Origin: Eledone cirrhosa
Lineage: Eukaryota
NCBI GenBank assembly: GCA_964016885.1
Contig: OZ024741.1
Location: 140,368,001 to 140,432,000, forward strand
Length of the DNA: 64,000 nucleotides
Direction of reading: 5' to 3'
Part shown: piece by piece, positions 1 through 11,178 of the stretch
How the letters are laid out: each line of letters starts with the position of its first letter
Numbering within the stretch: the first letter of the stretch is position 1
Position numbers and translations under genes: made by a program
The notes under the pieces: model-generated
What the model saw: only the letters and a program-made list of their open reading frames with translations
Told to the model about the DNA's origin: nothing
The model's database searches: none

Positions 1-2924
1 ACCAACCTGCTCAGACGTTTTGAACTGTCTGACAGGTACCGAATGGATTTCCCGAATGTACCAATGTGGACTTGGACAAATCGCATAGGGTCATCCAGAT
101 CATATCTAGATAGAGTATTTTGTAGGGAAATAGATAGGTCTAGCATAGGCTGTCCACAATTCCAGATAGTAAGCTACACGGACCACAAATTCGTGATCTG
201 TGTGCTTGAATTAGATAGGCTTCATAGACGAGGACCCGGCTACTGTAAATTAAACGCGTCCTTACCAGCGCGCAAGGCCTACAGAGACCGGATTAGCGAA
301 CTAGTTAGCGGGCGTTGACGGTGGCCATCGTCAACAACAAGTGGTGGTTTGGTCTGAAAAGAGCAATTAGAATAGAGTCCATTAGGTTTAGTAAGACTTT
401 AGCAATAGAGAAAAATAGAGCAGAGGGAGAATTAGTTAGAAAATTAGATGAGGCGCTTAGCAAAGGCATCGCGACCGACGTACTTGCGGCGAAATTGGCC
501 CTTGACCAATTCTTCAATGCAAAGCACGAAGGCTGCGTTGTCAGAGCTAGGGTACGTGCTCTCAGACACGAGGGGACGAAAGCCGTTCAATGGGCCCGAG
601 TGGCGGAGGCGCGTCGTGGCAACAAAGCCACGATCCGGTCTTTGGTGGACCACGACGGGCGCATGCTACTCGATCCCAGGCAAATGTGTGAAGCTTTTCA
701 GCGACACTTCGCTCAACTGTTCGGGGGCAGTGGCGGGCCGGATCGAGGGATGGACTTTAGTGTCTACCTCGACGGACTGCCGCGGCTTTCGGCCACTGAG
801 GCGGAGTGTTGCGAAAAGCCGATAACAACCGCTGAAGTACGGGATGCAATGACTAGTTGCACAAGGGGTAAATCGCCTGGTTTGGATGATCTGCCCTATG
901 AACTTTACGTACAAATGCCAAACTTGTTCGGAGGCCTCTTGGCGGACGTCTACTGCAACTGGCAACAGAACGGGAGAATTCCCAGCTCTGTGAGCCGAGG
1001 AGCGGTGGCGCTGCTGAGAAAGGATCCGAACAAGGGGGATAACATAGATAATTTTAGGCCCATAACTCTGCTAAACACAGAGTTCAAGATTTTGACCAAG
1101 GTGCTAGCAAAGAGGTTGGCGCTTGTCGTTGGTGGTCTGGTGGGAGAGGCACAGACATGCGCCATTCCCGACAGATCCTTCCACGACAACCTCCACCTCA
1201 TGCGATACATCGTAGAGAGGGTAGCTAGGGAACCTGGCACGGGTGGGTCTTTGATCAATTTAGATCAGTCGAAAGCCTTCGATAGGGTCGACCATCGTTA
1301 CCTGGCGGCAGTCCTGAGGGCGGCTGGCTTTGGGCCCGTCTTCAGAGGCTGGATCGCTGCCATGCACAGCGACATCTGCTCTGAAGTGAGTGTGAACGGT
1401 CACCTTTCGGAACCGTTCAACATCATGCGCTCGGTCCGCCAAGGATGTCCCCTCTCGTCCCTATTGTACGTATAGACTCTCGAGCCATTACTGCACAAAC
1501 TGGAGACGTTGAGGGGGGTCCCGCGCGAACTAGGATGCGGAAGATCCGTGTCAGCATATGCCGACGATGTCACCGTAGTGGTGTCGAACGCCAAACACAT
1601 CGAGGCGATCGGCACTACACTAAGAGAATACGAAGCGGTGACAGGAGCAATGATCAACCAGGAAAAGTCAGTGGGCCTGCAGCTCGGCACCTGGAGAGGC
1701 AGGTCCATGCCGTCCAACAGCGTCGTCGGGCGCTGGACGGACGGACGGGTTAAATTGCTAGGGGTCTGGTTCGGTCCAGACCTCCCGACGGACAAAAACT
1801 GGGACGAGGTGACGAGCAGGGTGGCTTCTCTCACCCAGAAATGGGCCGAGAGGAAGCTATCCCTGAAAGGTCGAGCGGAGGTGGCGAATGCGTACATCGC
1901 ATCCGTCATCTACTACCGCCTGACCGTCGTACCTTGTCCTAAGCCCCGCCTGACTGCGCTGGAGCGTTTGCTCTTTCGCTTCTTGTGGAAGGGACGCGCT
2001 CCGATGGTCAGGCGGTCCATCTGCTGTCAACACCCGCTACGTGGAGGGCTGGGCATGCCGTGGCTGATGATGCGCAGACACGCGCTCAGGCTACGACATC
2101 TGCACCTCTTGCTCGACGGTGATCAGGTGTGGTCGCCGTTTGCGAGACACGTTTTTCCCCAGCTCGTCTCCTTGACGGAGCTGCAGTCCTGGGTCAAGCG
2201 AAGACCGAGAGGGAGCGCTTGGAGACTGGAATGTCTTCAGGCGCTCACATCCCTCGACCAATCGGGCAATGTGATCGGTGGAAACTCCACCTCGGCGTTC
2301 TATAGAGGATTAGTGGAGGGGAAGAGCGACGACGTACTTGGGGAAACTCTAGGCGTCGACGAAAATCAACTAGCCAATCTCTTCGGAAGAACTTTCGGGC
2401 CAGGGCCTATGGACAACTTCCAGAAATCCCTGGCCTGGCAGTGCTACCGAGGAGCTTTGCCAGTTCGGGATAAACTCTACAGGCATGGAGGTGCCGTCAG
2501 CCGGGCATGTCCGAGATGCGCGCAGGGCGACGAAACCGTCCTGCACGCACTCGTCCAGTGTCTGAGCATTGCTGACTTGTGGGTTTATGTCGAACACCTG
2601 CTGTCACGTGTAGGACGGATCCAGCTATCAGCTGAGTCCATCGTGAGGATTGCCCCACCCCCTTCCTTTAGCCTGGAAGGGCACGCAGTTTTTATCTGTC
2701 TGGTGGCCATGGCGAAAGAGATAGTATGGTGGACACGTTTGAAAGGGCTGAAGACGAGCACTTACCTCTTCGGTGATGCCCTGATTAACTTTTTCAAATT
2801 TCATTTGAAAAGGAAAATCAGGGTAGAGAGGGAAGTGCTCTCTTCCCAGCATTTTGTTGAAAGATGGGTGAGAGAAGCAAGTATGGCCCGAATGAATGGG
2901 CCTTCTCTGAGTATGTGTCTGTAA
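1..2924 (+). pseudogene. LINE ORF2 (EN-RT-zinc finger), disrupted
   Basis: Frameshift near 300-318 and in-frame TAG at 1473-1475 (GCPLSSLLYV*TLEPLL); ORF pieces 43-318, 315-1475 and 1509-2924 join into one polyprotein. Confidence 0.9.
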
Positions 2925-3167
2925 ATTAAAGGTGGAAAACTGGGAGAGGGCACTTGCCCTGGTGGTCAGGGCCACTGTGGTCTTTTAATGGGCTTTCTCC
3001 ACAAATGTCCCTTGGAAGTCTCCCCCCTATTGGGGAATTTTTCTTTGTTATTTTATTTCAACCTCTGTTTATTTACACGCAGAAATGCCCATTTGTACCG
3101 TCCTGTATTGTCCTGTACTGTCCTTAATGTCTACTTTATGTGAACCCTTGTGGTTAATAAAGAAAAC
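1..3167 (+). mobile_element. Tx1/L1-clade LINE (ORF2 and 3' UTR; 5' part lies outside the window)
   Basis: APE endonuclease end (WTW..SYLDR..SYTDH), RT motifs (KSPGLD, FRPITLLN, LDQSKAFDRV, RQGCPLS, AYADD), C-terminal zinc finger CPRC..ETVLHALVQC; AATAAA near 3156, then (TTA)n. Much more GC/CpG-rich than the flanks. Confidence 0.93.
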
Positions 3168-3178
3168 ATTATTATTAA

Positions 3179-3230
<52 letters not shown>

Positions 3231-3238
3231 GTTGTTAT
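3168..3238. repeat. (TTA)n microsatellite at the junction of two LINE 3' ends
   Basis: Direct reading of the sequence. Confidence 0.97.
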
Positions 3239-6012
3239 TCCTTAAATCTCAGTCATTGATGTTGGTTAACTGGAAAGTCCGTTGGATTGAATATCAAGCC
3301 ACTACCTGCAGCCTCAGATATTCAGGACGTATCGGAGGGTTCTTGCTGTTCCAAGCAAGCATGCCTTTTGAAGCGTTCCAAAAAGCGTGAAGGGGCCGAT
3401 TTTCTTTAACCATCCCTGGAAACTTTTGGAGATAGTCCCCAGTGTGCCTATGACAATGGGCATCACTTTGACTTCATGGCAGTTCCAAATCCTTTTCACC
3501 TCCCACTTTAGGTCCTGGTATCGGTTAATTTTCTCCCTCTCCTTCTCATGCACTCTCGTGCCGAACGGGTAGGCCACATCCACAATCAGACACGATCTTT
3601 TTTCTTTGTCCACAACCACCAGGTCAGGTCTATTGTGTTCCAGTTTTTTGTCCGTCTGTATCCTAAAATCCCACAGCACCTTCACCTGATTGTTCTCCAT
3701 CACCGCCTCTGGCCTATGCTCATACCATTTCTCAGAATGTGGTAAATTGTTTACTTTGCACAGGTGCCAGTGGATCACCCTGCCCATCACATCGTGTCTC
3801 CAGCCCTTATAGTGGGTCTGGGCTAGGTGTTTACACTCGGACACAATGTGAGCCACAGTCTCCTCTCTCTCTCCACAGATCCTGCACAGTGGGCTAGCCT
3901 CCTCCTTGTAGATATGGTGCTTCAACCACTTCGTTTTGAGGGCCTGCTCCTGCGCAGCCATTAGCATTCCTTCTGTAGCCTTTTTGAGGTCTCCTCTTCT
4001 CAACCAGTTCCATGTCTGTGGATCTCTAAATTCAGTTTTCTCAAAGAAGGTACTATGAAGGGATTTTCCCTTAAGGCTGCTCTTCCTCCTTGATGTTATT
4101 TCCTCCTTGGGTATCCCCTGGCCTACTGTCCCCTCCTTCAGTACAGCTCTGAGCATTGGCTCCTTACTATAGGTCACGTATTTGTATAGGTTGTTTTTCT
4201 CCATCTGAACACAGTCCTCTATGCTGATAAGACCTCTTCCACCCTCAGATCTCCTTAGGTAGAGTCTATCGACATCACTCCTCTTGTGGAACATGTTGTA
4301 GATAGTCAATAGCTTCCTAGTCTTCCTATCCATTTCTTTTTGTTCAGCAACATTCCATCTCAGAATTCCCGCACTGTACCTAATAATAGACACAGCTCGG
4401 GAATTTACTGCGCTTATGGCATTTCTGCTGTTCAGATGTGACTTCAATACGCTCCTTACTCTCCGAATGTATTCAGTTCTTAACAATTCCTTCATTTTTT
4501 TGTTCTTTATGCCATCAGCCTCCAGAACGCCCAAATACTTGTATCCTTCCTCAGAGTCAATTTCCTTTATCATCTCACCTGTTGGTATCTGGATCCCGTT
4601 ACTTCTGCTCAACCTACCCCTTTTCATCACAATGACTCCACATTTACCAATACCAAACTGCATACATATATCACTGCTGAAAATACGGACAGTGTCAACA
4701 AGCACATCCAACTCCTTCTCACTTTTCCCGAAGAGCTTAAGATCGTCCATGAAGAGGAGGTGATTGATGGTAAGCTCTCCCCTTCCCAACTTGTATCCTG
4801 CTCTCACTTTTCGCAGCATAATGGTCAAGGCCATCAGGGTAAGGACAAACAACAGAGGGGACAGGCTATCTCCCTGGAAGATACCTCTCTTGATCTTCAC
4901 GCTTCCCAAGGATACTCCAGTTGATGTCAACTCTGTCTCCCAGGACCCCATACTCCTGCCTAGCAACTGTCTGATGTTATCTGCCACCCTGAAGATCTCC
5001 AGGCTTTTGGTGATCCAGGAATGAGGCACCATGTCAAATGCCTTTCTGTAGTCTATCCATCCCATGGCAAGATCAGTGTGTCTCCTCCTGCAATTCCCCA
5101 TTACCATCTTATCAATAAGTAACTGGTCCTTTGTACCACGTGATTTCTTTCGGCATCCTTTCTGTTCGTCCGGTAACAAGTTGTTTGTGTGGAGGTGATG
5201 GTAGATTTCCTCAGACACAATGCTCATCAACAGTTTCCACATTACGGACAGACATGTGATAGGTCTATAGTTGGTAACATCATTACCCTTGATTCGGTCT
5301 TTCATTATCAGAACTGTGGTACCTTTTGTCAACCACTCTGGCACCTCACCCGACACCAAGCAGTCATTGAACATGGCCGTCAGCTTCGGGTGGAGGGATG
5401 TTAAATGTTTAATCCAATACCCCTGCACACCATCTGGGCCTGGTGATTTCCAGTTGGTTAGTTTTTTGGCCTGCCCCTTAAGAGTTTGTTGCTGTGCCTG
5501 CTCACCGATCTCCCTCTGTACTGTCTCAATCCACCCTGCCTGGGCATTGTGTCTAACATCCTGCTCCCATATTCCTCTCCAGAATGTTTTAGTTTGCTCC
5601 GCCCCAGGGATCAAGTCGTTGCCTCTTTCTTTCCCCTCAAGCTGTCCAAACAGCATCTTCTGGTTGTTGTCGAACATGCGGTTCTGTTTATACTGACTGA
5701 CTCTGTTCTCGTATCGCCTGATTTTTGCACTCTTTGCTACAATGCGTTGCTTCAGTTCCTCTATGATAATATTTAGCTTTTTCCTCCTAGTTTTGTATTT
5801 TATTTCCAGCCTATTTTTAGTGCCTATGTTTTTTAGTGTCCCATTCAGTAGTGACTCAAGCTTTCCTATGTCATTTCTCATTTCCCCGATTTGACCACTC
5901 AGTCGCTTCTTCCACCACGGCTCTGCTCTTTCTTGTCTGTTGTTTCCTCTCGCTTTTATACCAAGTAGTTTCCTCACCGTATTTGCTGTTGCTTTGAGGA
6001 TATTGTTGCACT
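3239..6012 (-). mobile_element. R4/Dong-clade (RLE) non-LTR retrotransposon, 5'-truncated
   Basis: Open RT-CCHC-RLE frame; both ends abut (TAA)n; lacks the N-terminal region present in the neighbouring copy. Confidence 0.9.
3314..5977 (-). CDS. Reverse transcriptase / restriction-like endonuclease, N-terminally truncated (887 aa; start codon not authentic)
   Basis: WKSPGPD, NYRPITCL, IDYRKAFD, GIFQGDSLSP, LFMDDLKL, CRIC..ETVAHIVSEC, RHD, RPDL..IVDVAYP..EREK motifs. Confidence 0.9.
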   Translation of the reverse strand: MRKLLGIKARGNNRQERAEPWWKKRLSGQIGEMRNDIGKLESLLNGTLKNIGTKNRLEIKYKTRRKKLNIIIEELKQRIVAKSAKIRRYENRVSQYKQNRMFDNNQKMLFGQLEGKERGNDLIPGAEQTKTFWRGIWEQDVRHNAQAGWIETVQREIGEQAQQQTLKGQAKKLTNWKSPGPDGVQGYWIKHLTSLHPKLTAMFNDCLVSGEVPEWLTKGTTVLIMKDRIKGNDVTNYRPITCLSVMWKLLMSIVSEEIYHHLHTNNLLPDEQKGCRKKSRGTKDQLLIDKMVMGNCRRRHTDLAMGWIDYRKAFDMVPHSWITKSLEIFRVADNIRQLLGRSMGSWETELTSTGVSLGSVKIKRGIFQGDSLSPLLFVLTLMALTIMLRKVRAGYKLGRGELTINHLLFMDDLKLFGKSEKELDVLVDTVRIFSSDICMQFGIGKCGVIVMKRGRLSRSNGIQIPTGEMIKEIDSEEGYKYLGVLEADGIKNKKMKELLRTEYIRRVRSVLKSHLNSRNAISAVNSRAVSIIRYSAGILRWNVAEQKEMDRKTRKLLTIYNMFHKRSDVDRLYLRRSEGGRGLISIEDCVQMEKNNLYKYVTYSKEPMLRAVLKEGTVGQGIPKEEITSRRKSSLKGKSLHSTFFEKTEFRDPQTWNWLRRGDLKKATEGMLMAAQEQALKTKWLKHHIYKEEASPLCRICGEREETVAHIVSECKHLAQTHYKGWRHDVMGRVIHWHLCKVNNLPHSEKWYEHRPEAVMENNQVKVLWDFRIQTDKKLEHNRPDLVVVDKEKRSCLIVDVAYPFGTRVHEKEREKINRYQDLKWEVKRIWNCHEVKVMPIVIGTLGTISKSFQGWLKKIGPFTLFGTLQKACLLGTARTLRYVLNI

Positions 6013-6031
6013 GTTATTATTATTATTATTA

Positions 6032-9000
6032 TTTGCATTTATCTTGCTTTATGTTTATACGAGTTATCACCAAGTCACAACCAGTGACCTCAAGAGACAA
6101 CAAGGTCCGCCATGTTCAAGAAAGAACACACATATTCACACATGCATCCTTAGTGTTTAGACTTGTGATGTACTTATATTGACAGGATCTTCCTTAGTAT
6201 ATGGGCAGTTCCCATTAGTACTATCTTTTGTATTTCTCCTATACGCGGGTTTCCTGGGATTTGCGATAAGTAGTCGTTAGACCCCTTAGGTATCATTCCC
6301 AGAGCGCCTACAACCACTGGTATTGTTTTAGTTCTCAATTTCCACATTTTTCCAATTTCTATCTCCAGGTCCTTATACTTGCTCAATTTTTCAAATGTTT
6401 TTATAGATACATTCTTGTCTATTGGAACAGACATATCAATTAGCAGGCATACCCTCCTTTGAAAGTCCTTCAATATTATATCAGGTCTATTTGCATCTAT
6501 TTTTCGGTCTGTTTGGATGCTAAAGTTCCACAAGATTGAGATGTGATCTTTTTCAAGTATGGGAAGTGGTTGATGCTCCCACCAATTCTTTTGATGGGGC
6601 AGGTCAAAATGCTTACACATTATCCAATGTATGTATTGTGCAGCTCTGTCATGCCTGTTTAGGTATTCGGTTGGAGCTATAGGACTGCACATTGAAATTA
6701 TATGGTCAATGGTCTCTGGTTGTTTTTTGCATACACGGCATAATGGGCTGCACCCATTTTTTATTATGTTGGCTTGGTAATTTTTTGTTGGCAGACACTG
6801 ATCTTGTGCGGAGATAATCAGTCCTTCAGTCTCCGATTTCAGTCCAGAGGATGCCAACCACTGATGGGTTAAAGTTTTGTCAACATCAGGATTGTTAGCT
6901 CGCTCTGGGTATTTTCCATACAGAGGCTTTTCTTGCCATTTCTTAGCCAGTTTCTGTAGCAGTTCTTTCTTTGCAGTTACTTTTACCTGCTTTGCTTTTT
7001 CTGTGTTTTCCATTTCAGCAGTAAATGGGACTTCTGAAATTTGTAGTCCATTACTGTATCTTTGTGCATCTTTTGTAATGGAATATGATCTTTTGGTGCT
7101 TTCGTGTTTCAAAACGAGTTTGATCATCCAATCATGTGATTCCCTTAGATATGTGGATAATCCAATTGTTGCAGTTTTCAACGCAATGTCTAACTGGATT
7201 AACCCACGTCCTCCTTCTTTCCTAGGGAGATATATTCTATCTATGTCTGCCTTAGGGTGATGCATTCTGTGCATGGTTAAGAATTTTCGGATTTTTGTAT
7301 CGAGCCTACGGATCTCTGTGCTTGACCAGTTGATGACATTGTAACTGTAGGTTACTACTGGTATGGCAAGCGTGTTTATGGCATCGATCCTATTCCTTGC
7401 ATTCAATTCCGTTCTTAAGATTGCTCTGACTCTGCGGTAACATTCCTTCCTTATCCTTTCCCTCATTGTCGAGTGCTTGATTCCGTCTCCTTCACAAACA
7501 CCTAGATATTTGTAAGTTTGTTCTTGATCAAGCTCTCTTATCACGTTCCCCCGATCAAGATTAATGTCTGAACTCTTCAGCAGCTTTCCTCTGGTGAACG
7601 TTGCTTTGGCGCATTTATCCAGTCCAAACTCCATTTTAATGTCATCACTGAACTGCTTCACAGTGGATAATAGCCCTTGCAATTGTTCATCATTTTTTGC
7701 GAATAGTTTCAGGTCATCCATGTAGAACAGGTGATTAATGGTTTTGTCATAGACTCTATATCCATGTTTTGTTTCATTGAGCATTTTACTTAATGGTATA
7801 AGTGCGATGCAGAATAAAAGCGGTGATAAAGAGTCACCCTGAAAAATTCCACAATTAATGTTAACTTCTCCAGCTTCCAGTGATTTTGTTTCACTATTCA
7901 AAAGGAGTGTCGTTCTCCATGTCCTCATACTGAATGACAAAAACCTCCTGACAACGGGGGATATTTTGAAAATCTCTAAACATTTTTCAATCCAACTGTG
8001 TGGCAAACTATCAAATGCTTTTTTATAATCTATCCAAGCAATCGATAGATTTTTGTGCCTATTATGACAATCTTCCAGTATCATTTTGTTAACCAGAAGC
8101 TGATCCCTACAGCCATATGAGCCTCGTTTACACCCTTTCTGCTCAATGGGAAATAGGTCATTTGTTATCAGGTGGTCATATGTGTATTCAGTTAGGACTG
8201 ATGTTAAAATTTTATACATTGTGGTCAAGCAGGTTATCGGTCTGTAATTTTTGGGATTGTTTGTCTCATCATTCTTCGGTAGCAGGAATGTAATGCCGTT
8301 AACTAGCCATGATGGTATCTTTTCTGGCTCCTTAACTATTTCATTGTAAAGTTGGGCCAACAGCTCATGAGACTCTGTGAAGGCATTTATCCAAAAGTTT
8401 TGTATTTTGTCTTTTCCTGGGGATTTCCATTTGCTGGTTTTTCTTAGAGCCAAGCGCAGCTGTTCAACTGTTATATTTTCCCATGTTTGTTCTTCAAGGT
8501 GAGCTGTTTCTTTCATTTGTCTGTCTATCCATGGGGCATGTATGTTATGAACTTTTTCTTCGGCCCAGATCTTTTCCCAGAATTCTTGCACTTCCTCCTT
8601 GGGTGGTATTGATTTAGCAGTTATTGTTGACTTACCAATTTTTCTGTAGAAGTTTCTTTGGTTGTTTTTGAACATATTATTGTCCTTATAGAATCTAGAT
8701 CGTTTTTCAAAGCGCCTTATACGAGCAGCTTTGGCCGACACTTTTTGCTTGATTGTTTCTATCAGCATGTCTATGTCACATGTTGATCTTATACTGTACT
8801 TTTTTTTCAATTTTCTAAGTTTAGTTTGTTTAACATGTTCACCTACTTTATAGTTTGTTAAAATTTCTATGTCAGATCGGAGAAGGTTTATTTGGCGATT
8901 GATGTTATCTTGCCAAGTAGATTTCTTGTGGGAATTCCTTTGTTTTTTCATCTTCACTCCACATAAGTGAGTGGTGACTTTAGCCGATGCATAATAGAGA

Positions 9001-9995
9001 TGATTTAAGTCAGTAATGTTTATTTTGTTTGTGATGATAATGTTTTTGAGAATTATGTTAGTCTTGTGTATTATCTTTTGGTTCTGTTTGGAGTTCTGGA
9101 TCTTAGGGAGGGTGTCTCGTTCCCCCATGTCAGTTTCTTTCATTTTCATCCATTCGATCATAATTTCATCCTTCAAGTTGGCAAGTTCATTCTCATTCAT
9201 TTCTTTATCATTTACGATCTCATTATTTTCATTTGGAGTTTCATCCTGAGCATGCACTCCCTCCACTTTTTCGCTCCTTTCTTTAATTTGTTCTGTTGCC
9301 AGTGATTCCGCCCCAACTCTGGGATTCGAAGTGTTACAGTTTACCTCGTTTTCACTGACACGTGCTTCATTTTCCCTTCGCTGACTTTGTGCTACTAGCT
9401 TGATCTGATCAATTTCTATATCAGTTAGTAACTTTTTTCTTACAATATTTCTTCGTATATTGGCTAGTTTGTTACTGTCAATATAGCCTCTGTTTTCGGG
9501 ATGTTTCTTTTTCCAGTTGATATATGTTTGCTCTGTATTCGATGTATTTGATGGGTAGTACATGGCAGTATAGAAAGCCTCAAGGACTTCTTTATTATCT
9601 TCCCTTGACCATTTTTCTCTCTTTTTCTTTGGATTTCTTGGTGGTGAGCATGGAGGGCCAACAGTAGGAGTATTCCGGTTATGGGAGGTCTCCAGCTCCG
9701 AAGTGATGGGAAGGTTTGAACCATTAGCTGATTTTTCGACCCCAGTCTGGTTCCTCTCTGAGGGACGCGGCCCTTTTTTACCCGGGTGACGGCCGATCCG
9801 GTATGAGATTTCATCATTAGACATCTACTTTATTTTGTCGCGTTTTATCCTTATCCGCCAAGGGGTAATCTTTTCGTGTTACCACTTCTAGAACGAGTGT
9901 CAACCAAGACTAGAGGGGTCGTTCTCCCCTAGAGACATGGCTATTCCCCGCCGGCCGCCATCCCGGTATTTCTTGGTCACGGGGTTTTATTTTTG
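6032..9995 (-). mobile_element. R4/Dong-clade non-LTR retrotransposon, apparently full-length
   Basis: About 170-nt 5' UTR, single uninterrupted ORF, about 140-nt 3' UTR ending in (TAA)n at 6013-6031. The 5' boundary is approximate. Confidence 0.9.
6174..9824 (-). CDS. Intact RT / restriction-like endonuclease polyprotein (1216 aa)
   Basis: ATG start; N-terminal WSREDN..LEAFY motif; WKSPGKD, IDYKKAFD, GIFQGDSLSP, FYMDDLKL; CRVC..ETIDHIISMC; RHD; RPDII..LIDMSVP..EKLSKY. Confidence 0.95.
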   Translation of the reverse strand: MSNDEISYRIGRHPGKKGPRPSERNQTGVEKSANGSNLPITSELETSHNRNTPTVGPPCSPPRNPKKKREKWSREDNKEVLEAFYTAMYYPSNTSNTEQTYINWKKKHPENRGYIDSNKLANIRRNIVRKKLLTDIEIDQIKLVAQSQRRENEARVSENEVNCNTSNPRVGAESLATEQIKERSEKVEGVHAQDETPNENNEIVNDKEMNENELANLKDEIMIEWMKMKETDMGERDTLPKIQNSKQNQKIIHKTNIILKNIIITNKINITDLNHLYYASAKVTTHLCGVKMKKQRNSHKKSTWQDNINRQINLLRSDIEILTNYKVGEHVKQTKLRKLKKKYSIRSTCDIDMLIETIKQKVSAKAARIRRFEKRSRFYKDNNMFKNNQRNFYRKIGKSTITAKSIPPKEEVQEFWEKIWAEEKVHNIHAPWIDRQMKETAHLEEQTWENITVEQLRLALRKTSKWKSPGKDKIQNFWINAFTESHELLAQLYNEIVKEPEKIPSWLVNGITFLLPKNDETNNPKNYRPITCLTTMYKILTSVLTEYTYDHLITNDLFPIEQKGCKRGSYGCRDQLLVNKMILEDCHNRHKNLSIAWIDYKKAFDSLPHSWIEKCLEIFKISPVVRRFLSFSMRTWRTTLLLNSETKSLEAGEVNINCGIFQGDSLSPLLFCIALIPLSKMLNETKHGYRVYDKTINHLFYMDDLKLFAKNDEQLQGLLSTVKQFSDDIKMEFGLDKCAKATFTRGKLLKSSDINLDRGNVIRELDQEQTYKYLGVCEGDGIKHSTMRERIRKECYRRVRAILRTELNARNRIDAINTLAIPVVTYSYNVINWSSTEIRRLDTKIRKFLTMHRMHHPKADIDRIYLPRKEGGRGLIQLDIALKTATIGLSTYLRESHDWMIKLVLKHESTKRSYSITKDAQRYSNGLQISEVPFTAEMENTEKAKQVKVTAKKELLQKLAKKWQEKPLYGKYPERANNPDVDKTLTHQWLASSGLKSETEGLIISAQDQCLPTKNYQANIIKNGCSPLCRVCKKQPETIDHIISMCSPIAPTEYLNRHDRAAQYIHWIMCKHFDLPHQKNWWEHQPLPILEKDHISILWNFSIQTDRKIDANRPDIILKDFQRRVCLLIDMSVPIDKNVSIKTFEKLSKYKDLEIEIGKMWKLRTKTIPVVVGALGMIPKGSNDYLSQIPGNPRIGEIQKIVLMGTAHILRKILSI

Positions 9996-10947
9996 TTGTT
10001 TTTTTTTAAATTGTTATTATCATGAGTGGTTCCTTAATGTGAGCATTGCGTGGCTTAAGAATGAAATTATTAATAATTGTCTCCACTCCAGGGACAAGGC
10101 CAGCAATCACCCAGTGCATTACAATAATATAATATACTTTTTGTTGTAGTTGGCTGTTATTGCTGCTGGCTATGTCGGTGGTGGTGCCGGGGCTTTTTAT
10201 ATTGTTGGTGAGGAAGGGGTGAGCCAGCAGTCCCATAATTGTTGATGTAGACGTTTGTCCGTGGCAAGGTCACCAAGTCAATCTATTTATATCTTTTGCT
10301 AGCCTCTCTCTTGTCTAGTGCTACCACCACCTTCCCTTTTCTCTCTCAAGTTAACAGGGGAATAGTGTCAGTAGCATTGAATGAGTGGTGGCGGCGATGA
10401 TGGATGTGGTGGAATGGTGGCAGCGGTGGTGTTGTGGTTACTGATATAGTATCTATGAGTTTGTGTTCGTATGTTTAATATATATTTTCATTATATTTTG
10501 TGTTGACATATTCCCGTAAAATTTGAATTAAACATTTTTTTAAATTTGAGACAATAATAATAGTAATTATTATTATGATGCCGGTGAAGTTGCCGTTATA
10601 TTTAGTGTGATGGGATAGGTAGTGTATCAAGTTTCTGGTGTTGGTAAAATTGAAATTGCCGCTGTTCTATATAGTGTAGACAGAGGGTGTTTTGTTCCAT
10701 TTATAACCATTTTCTTTTTTTGAATACAAAATATATCATGCAAAATTGAATATTTGAGCGATACAACAATATAATATGGATACAACAATATAATATGGAT
10801 CCGAAACTTTATGGGACCTCATTCGGTGCCTTTATGCAACATTTGTGCTAAGAATTGTTCTTTCACAATTGATTTAAATATGTTAAAAATCAAAAAACTT
10901 ACGGGAGCAATTTCGTGACGTTCTACCACCTCGTGCGTCTTCTTCCC

Positions 10948-11011
<64 letters not shown>

Positions 11012-11103
11012 TTCATCATTCACAGCTGGGTTGAGGGCACAGTCTTCTCATTCCCAATAAAACCCACATAAACGTAAGTCAGCTGTTTTGAGGGTGTCAG
11101 ATG

Positions 11104-11176
<73 letters not shown>
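10948..11176. repeat. Two (TTA)n tracts separated by a ~95-bp unique insert
   Basis: Tracts at about 10948-11010 and 11105-11176. Confidence 0.95.
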
Positions 11177-11178
<2 letters not shown>

